This document shows positions 15,001-30,400 of a stretch of DNA of 64,000 bases, piece after piece; position 1 is the first letter of the stretch; every line of letters starts with the position of its first letter. The stretch lies in contig OZ024740.1 of assembly GCA_964016885.1 (NCBI GenBank), positions 33,232,001 to 33,296,000 on the forward strand. The letters are read 5' to 3'. This DNA comes from Eledone cirrhosa (Eukaryota). A model generated the notes under the pieces. It was not told the DNA's origin and did no database searches. It saw nothing but the letters and a program-made list of their open reading frames with translations. Both the position numbers and the translations under genes were made by a program.

Positions 15001-16600
15001 TATATTCTAGATAGAAAGTGTTCATATATATATTCTAGATAGAAAGTGTTCATCTATATATTCTAGATAGAAAGTGACCATCTATATATTCTAGATAGAA
15101 AGTGTTCATCTATATATTCTAGATAGAAAGTGATTATCTATATATTCTAGATAGAAAATGACAATCTATATATTTCAGATAGAATGTGACCATCTATATA
15201 TTTTAAATAGAAAATGACCATCTATATATTCTAGATAGAAAGTGACCATCTATATATTTTAGATAGAAAGTGACCATCTATATATTTTAGACAGAAAGTG
15301 TTCATCTATATATTCTAGATAGAAAGTGTTCATCTATATATTCTAGATAGAAAGTGACCATCTATATATTCTAGATAGAAAATGACCATCTATATATTTT
15401 AGATAGAAAGTGTTCATCTATATATTCTAGATAGAAAGTGACCATCTATATATTCTAGATAGAAAGTGTTCATCTATATATTCTAGATAGAAAGTGACTA
15501 TCTATATATTCTAGATAGAAAATGACAATCTATATATTTCAGATAGAATGTGACCATCTATATATTTTAAATAGAAAATGACCATCTATATATTCTACAT
15601 AGAAAGTGACCATCTATATATTTTAGATAGAAAGTGACCATCTATATATTTTAGACAGAAAGTGTTCATCTATATATTCTAGATAGAAAGTGTTCATCTA
15701 TATATTCTAGATAGAAAGTGACCATCTATATATTCCAGATAGAAAGTGTTCATCTATATATTCTAGATAGAAAGTGTTCATCTATATATTCTACATAGAA
15801 AGTGTTCATCTATATATTTTAGATAGAAAGTGTTTATTTATATATTCTAGATAGAAAGTGTTCATCTATATATTCTAGATAGAAAGTGACCATCTATATA
15901 TTCTAGATAGAATGTATTCATCTATATTTTCTAGATAGAAAGTGACCATCTATATATTCTACATAGAAAGTGTTCATCTATATATTTTAGATAGAAAGTG
16001 TTTATTTATATATTCTAGATAGAAAGTGTTCATCTATATATTTGAGATAGAAAGTGACCATCTATATATTCTATATAGAAAGTGACATCTATATATTTTA
16101 GATAGAAAGTGTTCATCTATATATTCTAGATAGAAAATGACCATCTATATATTTTAGATAGAAAGTGACCATCTATATATTTTAGACAGAAAGTGTTCAT
16201 CTATATATTCTAGATAGAAAGTGACCATCTATATATTCTAGATAGAAAATGACCATCTATATATTTTAGATAGAAAGTGTTCATCTATATATTCTAGATA
16301 GAAGGTGACCATCTATATATTCTAGATAGAAAGTGTTCATCTATATATTCTAGATAGAAAGTGACTATCTATATATTCTAGATAGAAAATGACAATCTAT
16401 ATATTTCAGATAGAATGTGACCATCTATATATTTTAAATAGAAAATGACCATCTATATATTCTAGATAGAAAGTGACCATCTATATATTTTAGATAGAAA
16501 GTGACCATCTATATATTTTAGACAGAAAGTGTTCATCTATATATTCTAGATAGAAAGTGTTCATCTATATATTCTAGATAGAAAGTGACCATCTATATAT
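1..16600. repeat. Three related copies of a ~5.2-5.9 kb super-unit (boundaries approximate)
   Basis: TATATAAATA occurs at 811/6754/11912 and TATGTATTC at 2131/7990/13232; both give 11101 bp from first to third copy. TTCATCGATA 9131/14401 and TGATTATC 9861/15131 are both +5270. Confidence 0.82.
64..1131. repeat. 38-monomer (1068 bp) extended HOR unit: core plus module B (CTTTAT..GATAAAA, TACATT..GAGAG, CATGT, GTAACC..GATTG, 32-bp monomer)
   Basis: The TTTCAG marker spacing is 1068 bp (38x28+4) at 64->1132, 3623->4691 and 6007->7075. The extra 4 bp come from one monomer with an expanded TA run. Confidence 0.88.
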
Positions 16601-18699
16601 TCTAGATAGAAAGTGTTCATCTATATATTCTAGATAGAAAGTGACTATCTATATATTCTAGATAGAAAATGACAATCTATATATTTCAGATAGAATGTGA
16701 CCATCTATATATTTTAAATAGAAAATGACCATCTATATATTCTACATAGAAAGTGACCATCTATATATTTTAGATAGAAAGTGACCATCTATATATTTTA
16801 GACAGAAAGTGTTCATCTATATATTCTAGATAGAAAGTGTTCATCTATATATTCTAGATAGAAAGTGACCATCTATATATTCCAGATAGAAAGTGTTCAT
16901 CTATATATTCTAGATAGAAAGTGTTCATCTATATATTCTACATAGAAAGTGTTCATCTATATATTTTAGATAGAAAGTGTTTATTTATATATTCTAGATA
17001 GAAAGTGTTCATCTATATATTCTAGATAGAAAGTGACCATCTATATATTCTAGATAGAATGTATTCATCTATATTTTCTAGATAGAAAGTGACCATCTAT
17101 ATATTCTACATAGAAAGTGTTCATCTATATATTTTAGATAGAAAGTGTTTATTTATATATTCTAGATAGAAAGTGTTCATCTATATATTTGAGATAGAAA
17201 GTGACCATCTATATATTCTATATAGAAAGTGACATCTATATATTTTAGATAGAAAGTGTTCATCTATATATTCTAGATAGAAAATGACCATCTATATATT
17301 TTAGATAGAAAGTGACCATCTATATATTTTAGACAGAAAGTGTTCATCTATATATTCTAGATAGAAAGTGACCATCTATATATTCTAGATAGAAAATGAC
17401 CATCTATATATTTTAGATAGAAAGTGTTCATCTATATATTCTAGATAGAAGGTGACCATCTATATATTCTAGATAGAAAGTGTTCATCTATATATTCTAG
17501 ATAGAAAGTGACTATCTATATATTCTAGATAGAAAATGACAATCTATATATTTCAGATAGAATGTGACCATCTATATATTTTAAATAGAAAATGACCATC
17601 TATATATTCTAGATAGAAAGTGACCATCTATATATTCTAGATAGAAAATGACCATCTATATATTTTAGATAGAAAGTGTTCATCTATATATTCTAGATAG
17701 AAAGTGACCATCTATATATTCTAGATAGAAAGTGTTCATCTATATATTCTAGATAGAAAGTGACTATCTATATATTCTAGATAGAAAATGACAATCTATA
17801 TATTTCAGATAGAATGTGACCATCTATATATTTTAAATAGAAAATGACCATCTATATATTCTACATAGAAAGTGACCATCTATATATTTTAGATAGAAAG
17901 TGACCATCTATATATTTTAGACAGAAAGTGTTCATCTATATATTCTAGATAGAAAGTGTTCATCTATATATTCTAGATAGAAAGTGACCATCTATATATT
18001 CCAGATAGAAAGTGTTCATCTATATATTCTAGATAGAAAGTGTTCATCTATATATTCTACATAGAAAGTGTTCATCTATATATTTTAGATAGAAAGTGTT
18101 TATTTATATATTCTAGATAGAAAGTGTTCATCTATATATTCTAGATAGAAGGTGACCATCTATATATTCTAGATAGAAAGTGTTCATCTATATATTCTAG
18201 ATAGAAAGTGACTATCTATATATTCTAGATAGAAAATGACAATCTATATATTTCAGATAGAATGTGACCATCTATATATTTTAAATAGAAAATGACCATC
18301 TATATATTCTACATAGAAAGTGATCATCTATATATTCTAGATAGAAAGTGTTCATCTATATATTCTAGATAGAAAGTGACCATCTATATATTCCAGATAG
18401 AAAGTGTTCATCTATATATTCTAGATAGAAAGTGTTCATCTATATATTCTACATAGAAAGTGTTCATCTATATATTTTAGATAGAAAGTGTTTATTTATA
18501 TATTTTAGATAGAAAGTGTTCATCTATATATTCTAGATAGAAGGTGACCATCTATATATTCTAGATAGAAAGTGTTCATCTATATATTCTAGATAGAAAG
18601 TGACTATCTATATATTCTAGATAGAAAATGACAATCTATATATTTCAGATAGAATGTGACCATCTATATATTTTAGATAGAAAGTGACCATCTATATAT

Positions 18700-21600
18700 T
18701 TTAGACAGAAAGTGTTCATCTATATATTCTAGATAGAAAGTGTTCATCTATATATTCTAGATAGAAAGTGACCATCTATATATTCCAGATAGAAAGTGTT
18801 CATCTATATATTCTAGATAGAAAGTGTTCATCTATATATTCTACATAGAAAGTGTTCATCTATATATTTTAGATAGAAAGTGTTTATTTATATATTCTAG
18901 ATAGAAAGTGTTCATCTATATATTCTAGATAGAAAGTGACCATCTATATATTCTAGATAGAATGTATTCATCTATATTTTCTAGATAGAAAGTGACCATC
19001 TATATATTCTAGATAGAAAGTGACCATCTATATATTCTAGATAGAAAGTGACCATCTTTATATTTTAGATAAAAAGTGTTCATCTATATATTCTAGATAG
19101 AAAGTGACCATCTATACATTCTAGATAGAGAGTGTTCATCTATATATTCTAGATAGAAAGTGTTCATCTATATATTCCAGATAGAAAGTGTTCATCTATA
19201 TATTCTAGATAGAAAGTGACCATCTATATATTCTAGATAGAAAGTGACCATCTATATATTCTAGATAGAAAGTGACCATGTATATATTCTAGATAGAAAG
19301 TAACCATCTATATATTTTAGATTGAAAATGACCATCTATATATATATTCTAGATAGAAAGTGTTCATATATATATTCTAGATAGAAAGTGTTCATCTATA
19401 TATTCTAGATAGAAAGTGACCATCTATATATTCTAGATAGAAAGTGTTCATCTATATATTCTAGATAGAAAGTGATTATCTATATATTCTAGATAGAAAA
19501 TGACAATCTATATATTTCAGATAGAATGTGACCATCTATATATTTTAAATAGAAAATGACCATCTATATATTCTAGATAGAAAGTGACCATCTATATATT
19601 CTAGATAGAAAGTGACCATCTATATATTCTAGATAGAAAGTGACCATCTATATATTCTAGATAGAAAGTGACCATGTATATATTCTAGATAGAAAGTAAC
19701 CATCTATATATTTTAGATTGAAAATGACCATCTATATATATATTCTAGATAGAAAGTGTTCATATATATATTCTAGATAGAAAGTGTTCATCTATATATT
19801 CTAGATAGAAAGTGACCATCTATATATTCTAGATTGAAAGTGTTCATCTATATATTCTAGATAGAAAGTGACTATCTATATATTCTAGATAGAAAATGAC
19901 AATCTATATATTTCAGATAGAATGTGACCATCTATATATTTTAAATAGAAAATGACCATCTATATATTCTACATAGAAAGTGACCATCTATATATTTTAG
20001 ATAGAAAGTGACCATCTATATATTTTAGACAGAAAGTGTTCATCTATATATTCTAGATAGAAAGTGTTCATCTATATATTCTAGATAGAAAGTGACCATC
20101 TATATATTCCAGATAGAAAGTGTTCATCTATATATTCTAGATAGAAAGTGTTCATCTATATATTCTACATAGAAAGTGTTCATCTATATATTTTAGATAG
20201 AAAGTGTTTATTTATATATTCTAGATAGAAAGTGTTCATCTATATATTCTAGATAGAAAGTGACCATCTATATATTCTAGATAGAATGCATTCATCTATA
20301 TTTTCTAGATAGAAAGTGACCATCTATATATTCTAGATAGAAAGTGTTCATCTATATATTCTAGATAGAAAGTGACTATCTATATATTCTAGATAGAAAA
20401 TGACAATCTATATATTTTAGATAGAATGTGACCATCTATATATTTTAAATAGAAAATGACCATCTATATATTCTAGATAGAAAGTGACCATCTATATATT
20501 TTAGATAGAAAGTGACCATCTATATATTTTAGACAGAAAGTGTTCATCTATATATTCTAGATAGAAAGTGTTCATCTATATATTCTAGATAGAAAGTGAC
20601 CATCTATATATTCCAGATAGAAAGTGTTCATCTATATATTCTAGATAGAAAGTGTTCATCTATATATTCTACATAGAAAGTGTTCATCTATATATTTTAG
20701 ATAGAAAGTGTTTATTTATATATTCTAGATAGAAAGTGTTCATCTATATATTCTAGATAGAAAGTGACCATCTATATATTCTAGATAGAATGTATTCATC
20801 TATATTTTCTAGATAGAAAGTGACCATCTATATATTCTAGATAGAAAGTGACCATCTATATATTCTAGATAGAAAGTGACCATCTTTATATTTTAGATAA
20901 AAAGTGTTCATCTATATATTCTAGATAGAAAGTGACCATCTATATATTCTAGATAGAATGTATTCATCTATATTTTCTAGATAGAAAGTGACCATCTATA
21001 TATTCTAGATAGAAAGTGACCATCTATATATTCTAGATAGAAAGTGACCATCTTTATATTTTAGATAAAAAGTGTTCATCTATATATTCTAGATAGAAAG
21101 TGACCATCTATACATTCTAGATAGAGAGTGTTCATCTATATATTCTAGATAGAAAGTGTTCATCTATATATTCCAGATAGAAAGTGTTCATCTATATATT
21201 CTAGATAGAAAGTGACCATCTATATATTCTAGATAGAAAGTGACCATCTATATATTCTAGATAGAAAGTGACCATGTATATATTCTAGATAGAAAGTAAC
21301 CATCTATATATTTTAGATTGAAAATGACCATCTATATATATATTCTAGATAGAAAGTATTCATATATATATTCTAGATAGAAAGTGTTCATCTATATATT
21401 CTAGATAGAAAGTGACCATCTATATATTCTAGATAGAAAATGACCATCTATATATTTTAGATAGAAAGTGTTCATCTATATATTCTAGATAGAAGGTGAC
21501 CATCTATATATTCTAGATAGAAAGTGTTCATCTATATATTCTAGATAGAAAGTGACTATCTATATATTCTAGATAGAAAATGACAATCTATATATTTCAG

Positions 21601-24600
21601 ATAGAATGTGACCATCTATATATTTTAAATAGAAAATGACCATCTATATATTCTAGATAGAAAGTGACCATCTATATATTTTAGATAGAAAGTGACCATC
21701 TATATATTTTAGACAGAAAGTGTTCATCTATATATTCTAGATAGAAAGTGTTCATCTATATATTCTAGATAGAAAGTGACCATCTATATATTCTAGATAG
21801 AAAATGACCATCTATATATTTTAGATAGAAAGTGTTCATCTATATATTCTAGATAGAAAGTGACCATCTATATATTCTAGATAGAAAGTGTTCATCTATA
21901 TATTCTAGATAGAAAGTGACTATCTATATATTCTAGATAGAAAATGACAATCTATATATTTCAGATAGAATGTGACCATCTATATATTTTAAATAGAAAA
22001 TGACCATCTATATATTCTACATAGAAAGTGACCATCTATATATTTTAGATAGAAAGTGACCATCTATATATTTTAGACAGAAAGTGTTCATCTATATATT
22101 CTAGATAGAAAGTGTTCATCTATATATTCTAGATAGAAAGTGACCATCTATATATTCCAGATAGAAAGTGTTCATCTATATATTCTAGATAGAAAGTGTT
22201 CATCTATATATTCTACATAGAAAGTGTTCATCTATATATTTTAGATAGAAAGTGTTTATTTATATATTCTAGATAGAAAGTGTTCATCTATATATTCTAG
22301 ATAGAAAGTGACCATCTATATATTCTAGATAGAATGTATTCATCTATATTTTCTAGATAGAAAGTGACCATCTATATATTCTACATAGAAAGTGTTCATC
22401 TATATATTTTAGATAGAAAGTGTTTATTTATATATTCTAGATAGAAAGTGTTCATCTATATATTTGAGATAGAAAGTGACCATCTATATATTCTATATAG
22501 AAAGTGACATCTATATATTTTAGATAGAAAGTGTTCATCTATATATTCTAGATAGAAAATGACCATCTATATATTTTAGATAGAAAGTGACCATCTATAT
22601 ATTTTAGACAGAAAGTGTTCATCTATATATTCTAGATAGAAAGTGACCATCTATATATTCTAGATAGAAAATGACCATCTATATATTTTAGATAGAAAGT
22701 GTTCATCTATATATTCTAGATAGAAGGTGACCATCTATATATTCTAGATAGAAAGTGTTCATCTATATATTCTAGATAGAAAGTGACTATCTATATATTC
22801 TAGATAGAAAATGACAATCTATATATTTCAGATAGAATGTGACCATCTATATATTTTAAATAGAAAATGACCATCTATATATTCTAGATAGAAAGTGACC
22901 ATCTATATATTTTAGATAGAAAGTGACCATCTATATATTTTAGACAGAAAGTGTTCATCTATATATTCTAGATAGAAAGTGTTCATCTATATATTCTAGA
23001 TAGAAAGTGACCATCTATATATTCTAGATAGAAAATGACCATCTATATATTTTAGATAGAAAGTGTTCATCTATATATTCTAGATAGAAAGTGACCATCT
23101 ATATATTCTAGATAGAAAGTGTTCATCTATATATTCTAGATAGAAAGTGACTATCTATATATTCTAGATAGAAAATGACAATCTATATATTTCAGATAGA
23201 ATGTGACCATCTATATATTTTAAATAGAAAATGACCATCTATATATTCTACATAGAAAGTGACCATCTATATATTTTAGATAGAAAGTGACCATCTATAT
23301 ATTTTAGACAGAAAGTGTTCATCTATATATTCTAGATAGAAAGTGTTCATCTATATATTCTAGATAGAAAGTGACCATCTATATATTCCAGATAGAAAGT
23401 GTTCATCTATATATTCTACATAGAAAGTGTTCATCTATATATTTTAGATAGAAAGTGTTTATTTATATATTCTAGATAGAAAGTGTTCATCTATATATTC
23501 TAGATAGAAAGTGACCATCTATATATTCTAGATAGAATGTATTCATCTATATTTTCTAGATAGAAAGTGACCATCTATATATTCTACATAGAAAGTGTTC
23601 ATCTATATATTTTAGATAGAAAGTGTTTATTTATATATTCTAGATAGAAAGTGTTCATCTATATATTTGAGATAGAAAGTGACCATCTATATATTCTATA
23701 TAGAAAGTGACATCTATATATTTTAGATAGAAAGTGTTCATCTATATATTCTAGATAGAAAATGACCATCTATATATTTTAGATAGAAAGTGACCATCTA
23801 TATATTTTAGACAGAAAGTGTTCATCTATATATTCTAGATAGAAAGTGACCATCTATATATTCTAGATAGAAAATGACCATCTATATATTTTAGATAGAA
23901 AGTGTTCATCTATATATTCTAGATAGAAGGTGACCATCTATATATTCTAGATAGAAAGTGTTCATCTATATATTCTAGATAGAAAGTGACTATCTATATA
24001 TTCTAGATAGAAAATGACAATCTATATATTTCAGATAGAATGTGACCATCTATATATTTTAAATAGAAAATGACCATCTATATATTCTACATAGAAAGTG
24101 ACCATCTATATATTTTAGATAGAAAGTGACCATCTATATATTTTAGACAGAAAGTGTTCATCTATATATTCTAGATAGAAAGTGTTCATCTATATATTCT
24201 AGATAGAAAGTGACCATCTATATATTCCAGATAGAAAGTGTTCATCTATATATTCTAGATAGAAAGTGTTCATCTATATATTCTACATAGAAAGTGTTCA
24301 TCTATATATTTTAGATAGAAAGTGTTTATTTATATATTCTAGATAGAAAGTGTTCATCTATATATTCTAGATAGAAAGTGACCATCTATATATTCTAGAT
24401 AGAATGTATTCATCTATATTTTCTAGATAGAAAGTGACCATCTATATATTCTAGATAGAAAGTGACCATCTATATATTCTAGATAGAAAGTGACCATCTT
24501 TATATTTTAGATAAAAAGTGTTCATCTATATATTCTAGATAGAAAGTGACCATCTATACATTCTAGATAGAGAGTGTTCATCTATATATTCTAGATAGAA

Positions 24601-26880
24601 AGTGTTCATCTATATATTCCAGATAGAAAGTGTTCATCTATATATTCTAGATAGAAAGTGACCATCTATATATTCTAGATAGAAAGTGACCATCTATATA
24701 TTCTAGATAGAAAGTGACCATGTATATATTCTAGATAGAAAGTAACCATCTATATATTTTAGATTGAAAATGACCATCTATATATATATTCTAGATAGAA
24801 AGTGTTCATATATATATTCTAGATAGAAAGTGTTCATCTATATATTCTAGATAGAAAGTGACCATCTATATATTCTAGATAGAAAGTGTTCATCTATATA
24901 TTCTAGATAGAAAGTGATTATCTATATATTCTAGATAGAAAATGACAATCTATATATTTCAGATAGAATGTGACCATCTATATATTTTAAATAGAAAATG
25001 ACCATCTATATATTCTAGATAGAAAGTGACCATCTATATATTCTAGATAGAAAGTGACCATCTATATATTCTAGATAGAAAGTGACCATCTATATATTCT
25101 AGATAGAAAGTGACCATGTATATATTCTAGATAGAAAGTAACCATCTATATATTTTAGATTGAAAATGACCATCTATATATATATTCTAGATAGAAAGTG
25201 TTCATATATATATTCTAGATAGAAAGTGTTCATCTATATATTCTAGATAGAAAGTGACCATCTATATATTCTAGATTGAAAGTGTTCATCTATATATTCT
25301 AGATAGAAAGTGACTATCTATATATTCTAGATAGAAAATGACAATCTATATATTTCAGATAGAATGTGACCATCTATATATTTTAAATAGAAAATGACCA
25401 TCTATATATTCTACATAGAAAGTGACCATCTATATATTTTAGATAGAAAGTGACCATCTATATATTTTAGACAGAAAGTGTTCATCTATATATTCTAGAT
25501 AGAAAGTGTTCATCTATATATTCTAGATAGAAAGTGACCATCTATATATTCCAGATAGAAAGTGTTCATCTATATATTCTAGATAGAAAGTGTTCATCTA
25601 TATATTCTACATAGAAAGTGTTCATCTATATATTTTAGATAGAAAGTGTTTATTTATATATTCTAGATAGAAAGTGTTCATCTATATATTCTAGATAGAA
25701 AGTGACCATCTATATATTCTAGATAGAATGTATTCATCTATATTTTCTAGATAGAAAGTGACCATCTATATATTCTAGATAGAAAGTGTTCATCTATATA
25801 TTCTAGATAGAAAGTGACTATCTATATATTCTAGATAGAAAATGACAATCTATATATTTTAGATAGAATGTGACCATCTATATATTTTAAATAGAAAATG
25901 ACCATCTATATATTCTAGATAGAAAGTGACCATCTATATATTTTAGATAGAAAGTGACCATCTATATATTTTAGACAGAAAGTGTTCATCTATATATTCT
26001 AGATAGAAAGTGTTCATCTATATATTCTAGATAGAAAGTGACCATCTATATATTCCAGATAGAAAGTGTTCATCTATATATTCTAGATAGAAAGTGTTCA
26101 TCTATATATTCTACATAGAAAGTGTTCATCTATATATTTTAGATAGAAAGTGTTTATTTATATATTCTAGATAGAAAGTGTTCATCTATATATTCTAGAT
26201 AGAAAGTGACCATCTATATATTCTAGATAGAATGTATTCATCTATATTTTCTAGATAGAAAGTGACCATCTATATATTCTAGATAGAAAGTGACCATCTA
26301 TATATTCTAGATAGAAAGTGACCATCTTTATATTTTAGATAAAAAGTGTTCATCTATATATTCTAGATAGAAAGTGACCATCTATATATTCTAGATAGAA
26401 TGTATTCATCTATATTTTCTAGATAGAAAGTGACCATCTATATATTCTAGATAGAAAGTGACCATCTATATATTCTAGATAGAAAGTGACCATCTTTATA
26501 TTTTAGATAAAAAGTGTTCATCTATATATTCTAGATAGAAAGTGACCATCTATACATTCTAGATAGAGAGTGTTCATCTATATATTCTAGATAGAAAGTG
26601 TTCATCTATATATTCCAGATAGAAAGTGTTCATCTATATATTCTAGATAGAAAGTGACCATCTATATATTCTAGATAGAAAGTGACCATCTATATATTCT
26701 AGATAGAAAGTGACCATGTATATATTCTAGATAGAAAGTAACCATCTATATATTTTAGATTGAAAATGACCATCTATATATATATTCTAGATAGAAAGTA
26801 TTCATATATATATTCTAGATAGAAAGTGTTCATCTATATATTCTAGATAGAAAGTGACCATCTATATATTCTAGATAGAA
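18700..26880. repeat. Block duplication with 5442-bp offset (boundaries approximate)
   Basis: Rare variants recur at +5442: AGTGATTATC 19471/24913, AGATTGAAAGTGTTC 19831/25273 and AGAAAGTATTCATAT 21351/26793. An internal 168-bp duplication is shared at 20791/26233. Confidence 0.85.
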
Positions 26881-27499
26881 AGTGTTCATCTATATATTCT
26901 AGATAGAAAATGACAATCTATATATTTCAGATAGAATGTGACCATCTATATATTTTAAATAGAAAATGACCATCTATATATTCTAGATAGAAAGTGACCA
27001 TCTATAAATTTTAGATAGAAAGTGACCATCTATATATTTTAGACAGAAAGTGTTCATCTATATATTCTAGATAGAAAGTGTTCATCTATATATTCTAGAT
27101 AGAAAGTGACCATCTATATATTCTAGATAGAAAATGACCATCTATATATTTTAGATAGAAAGTGTTCATCTATATATTCTAGATAGAAAGTGACCATCTA
27201 TATATTCTAGATAGAAAGTGTTCATCTATATATTCTAGATAGAAAGTGACTATCTATATATTCTAGATAGAAAATGACAATCTATATATTTCAGATAGAA
27301 TGTGACCATCTATATATTTTAAATAGAAAATGACCATCTATATATTCTACATAGAAAGTGACCATCTATATATTTTAGATAGAAAGTGACCATCTATATA
27401 TTTTAGACAGAAAGTGTTCATCTATATATTCTAGATAGAAAGTGTTCATCTATATATTCTAGATAGAAAGTGACCATCTATATATTCCAGATAGAAAGT

Positions 27500-30400
27500 G
27501 TTCATCTATATATTCTAGATAGAAAGTGTTCATCTATATATTCTACATAGAAAGTGTTCATCTATATATTTTAGATAGAAAGTGTTTATTTATATATTCT
27601 AGATAGAAAGTGTTCATCTATATATTCTAGATAGAAAGTGACCATCTATATATTCTAGATAGAATGTATTCATCTATATTTTCTAGATAGAAAGTGACCA
27701 TCTATATATTCTAGATAGAAAGTGTTCATCTATATATTCTAGATAGAAAGTGACTATCTATATATTCTAGATAGAAAATGACAATCTATATATTTTAGAT
27801 AGAATGTGACCATCTATATATTTTAAATAGAAAATGACCATCTATATATTCTAGATAGAAAGTGACCATCTATATATTTTAGATAGAAAGTGACCATCTA
27901 TATATTTTAGACAGAAAGTGTTCATCTATATATTCTAGATAGAAAGTGTTCATCTATATATTCTAGATAGAAAGTGACCATCTATATATTCCAGATAGAA
28001 AGTGTTCATCTATATATTCTAGATAGAAAGTGTTCATCTATATATTCTACATAGAAAGTGTTCATCTATATATTTTAGATAGAAAGTGTTTATTTATATA
28101 TTCTAGATAGAAAGTGTTCATCTATATATTCTAGATAGAAAGTGACCATCTATATATTCTAGATAGAATGTATTCATCTATATTTTCTAGATAGAAAGTG
28201 ACCATCTATATATTCTAGATAGAAAGTGACCATCTATATATTCTAGATAGAAAGTGACCATCTTTATATTTTAGATAAAAAGTGTTCATCTATATATTCT
28301 AGATAGAAAGTGACCATCTATACATTCTAGATAGAGAGTGTTCATCTATATATTCTAGATAGATAGTGTTCATCTATATATTCTAGATAGAAAGTGACCA
28401 TCTATATATTCTAGATAGAAAGTGACCATCTATATATTCTAGATAGAAAGTGACCATGTATATATTCTAGATAGAAAGTTACCATCTATATATTTTAGAT
28501 TGAAAATGACCATCTATATATATATTCTAGATAGAAAGTGTTCATATATATATATTCTAGATAGAAAGTGTTCATCTATATATCCCAGATAGAAAGTGTT
28601 CATCTATATATTCTACATAGAAAGTGTTCATCTATATATTTTAGATAGAAAGTGTTTATTTATATATTCTAGATAGAAAGTGTTCATCTATATATTCCAG
28701 ATAGAAAGTGTTCATCTATATATTCTAGATAGAAAGTGACCATCTATATATTCTAGATAGAAAGTGTTCATCTATTTATTCTAGATAGAAAATGACAATC
28801 TATATATTTCAGATAGAATGTGACCATCTATATATTCTAGATAGAAAGTGTTCATCTATATATTCTAGATAGAAAGTGACCATCTATATATTCCAGATAG
28901 AAAGTGTTCATCTATATATTCCAGATAAAAAGTGTTCATCTATATATTCTACATAGAAAGTGTTCATCTATATATTTTAGATAGAAAGTGTTTATTTATA
29001 TATTCTAGATAGAAAGTGTTCATCTATATATTTTAGATAGAAAGTGACCATCTATATATTCTATATAGAAAGTGACATCTATATATTTTAGATAGAAAGT
29101 GTTCATCTATATATTCTAAATAGAAAATGACCATCTATATATTCTAGATAGAAAGTGACCATCTATATATTTTAGATAGAAAGTGACCATCTATATATTT
29201 TAGACAGAAAGTGTTCATCTATATATTCTAGATAGAAAGTGTTCATCTATATATTCTAGATAGAAAGTGACCATCTATATATTCCAGATAGAAAGTGTTC
29301 ATCTATATATTCTAGATAGAAAGTGTTCATCTATATATTCTACATAGAAAGTGTTCATCTATATATTTTAGATAGAAAGTGTTTATTTATATATTCTAGA
29401 TAGAAAGTGTTCATCTATATATTCTAGATAGAAAGTGACCATCTATATATTCTAGATAGAATGTATTCATCTATATTTTCTAGATAGAAAGTGACCATCT
29501 ATATATTCTATATAGAAAGTGACCATTTATATATTTTAGATAGAAAGTGTTCATTTATATATTCTAGATAGAAAATGACCATCTATATATTTTAGATAGA
29601 AAGTGACCATCTATATATTTTAGACAGAAAGTGTTCATCTATATATTCTAGATAGAAAGTGACCATCCATATAATCTAGATAGAAAGTTTTCATATATAT
29701 ATTCTAGATAGAAAGTGACCATCTATATATTCCAGATAGAAAGTGTTCATCTATATATTCTAGATAGAAAGTGTTCATCTATATATTCTACATAGAAAGT
29801 GTTCATCTATATATTTTAGATAGAAAGTGTTTATTTATATATTCTAGATAGAAAGTGTTCATCTATATATTCTAGATAGAAAGTGACCATCTATATATTC
29901 TAGATAGAATGTATTCATCTATATTTTCTAGATAGAAAGTGACCATCTATATATTCTAGATAGAAAGTGTTCATCTATATATTCTAGATAGAAAGTGACT
30001 ATCTATATATTCTAGATAGAAAATGACAATCTATATATTTTAGATAGAATGTGACCATCTATATATTTTAAATAGAAAATGACCATCTATATATTCTAGA
30101 TAGAAAGTGACCATCTATATATTTTAGATAGAAAGTGACCATCTATATATTTTAGACAGAAAGTGTTCATCTATATATTCTAGATAGAAAGTGTTCATCT
30201 ATATATTCTAGATAGAAAGTGACCATCTATATATTCCAGATAGAAAGTGTTCATCTATATATTCTAGATAGAAAGTGTTCATCTATATATTCTACATAGA
30301 AAGTGTTCATCTATATATTTTAGATAGAAAGTGTTTATTTATATATTCTAGATAGAAAGTGTTCATCTATATATTCTAGATAGAAAGTGACCATCTATAT

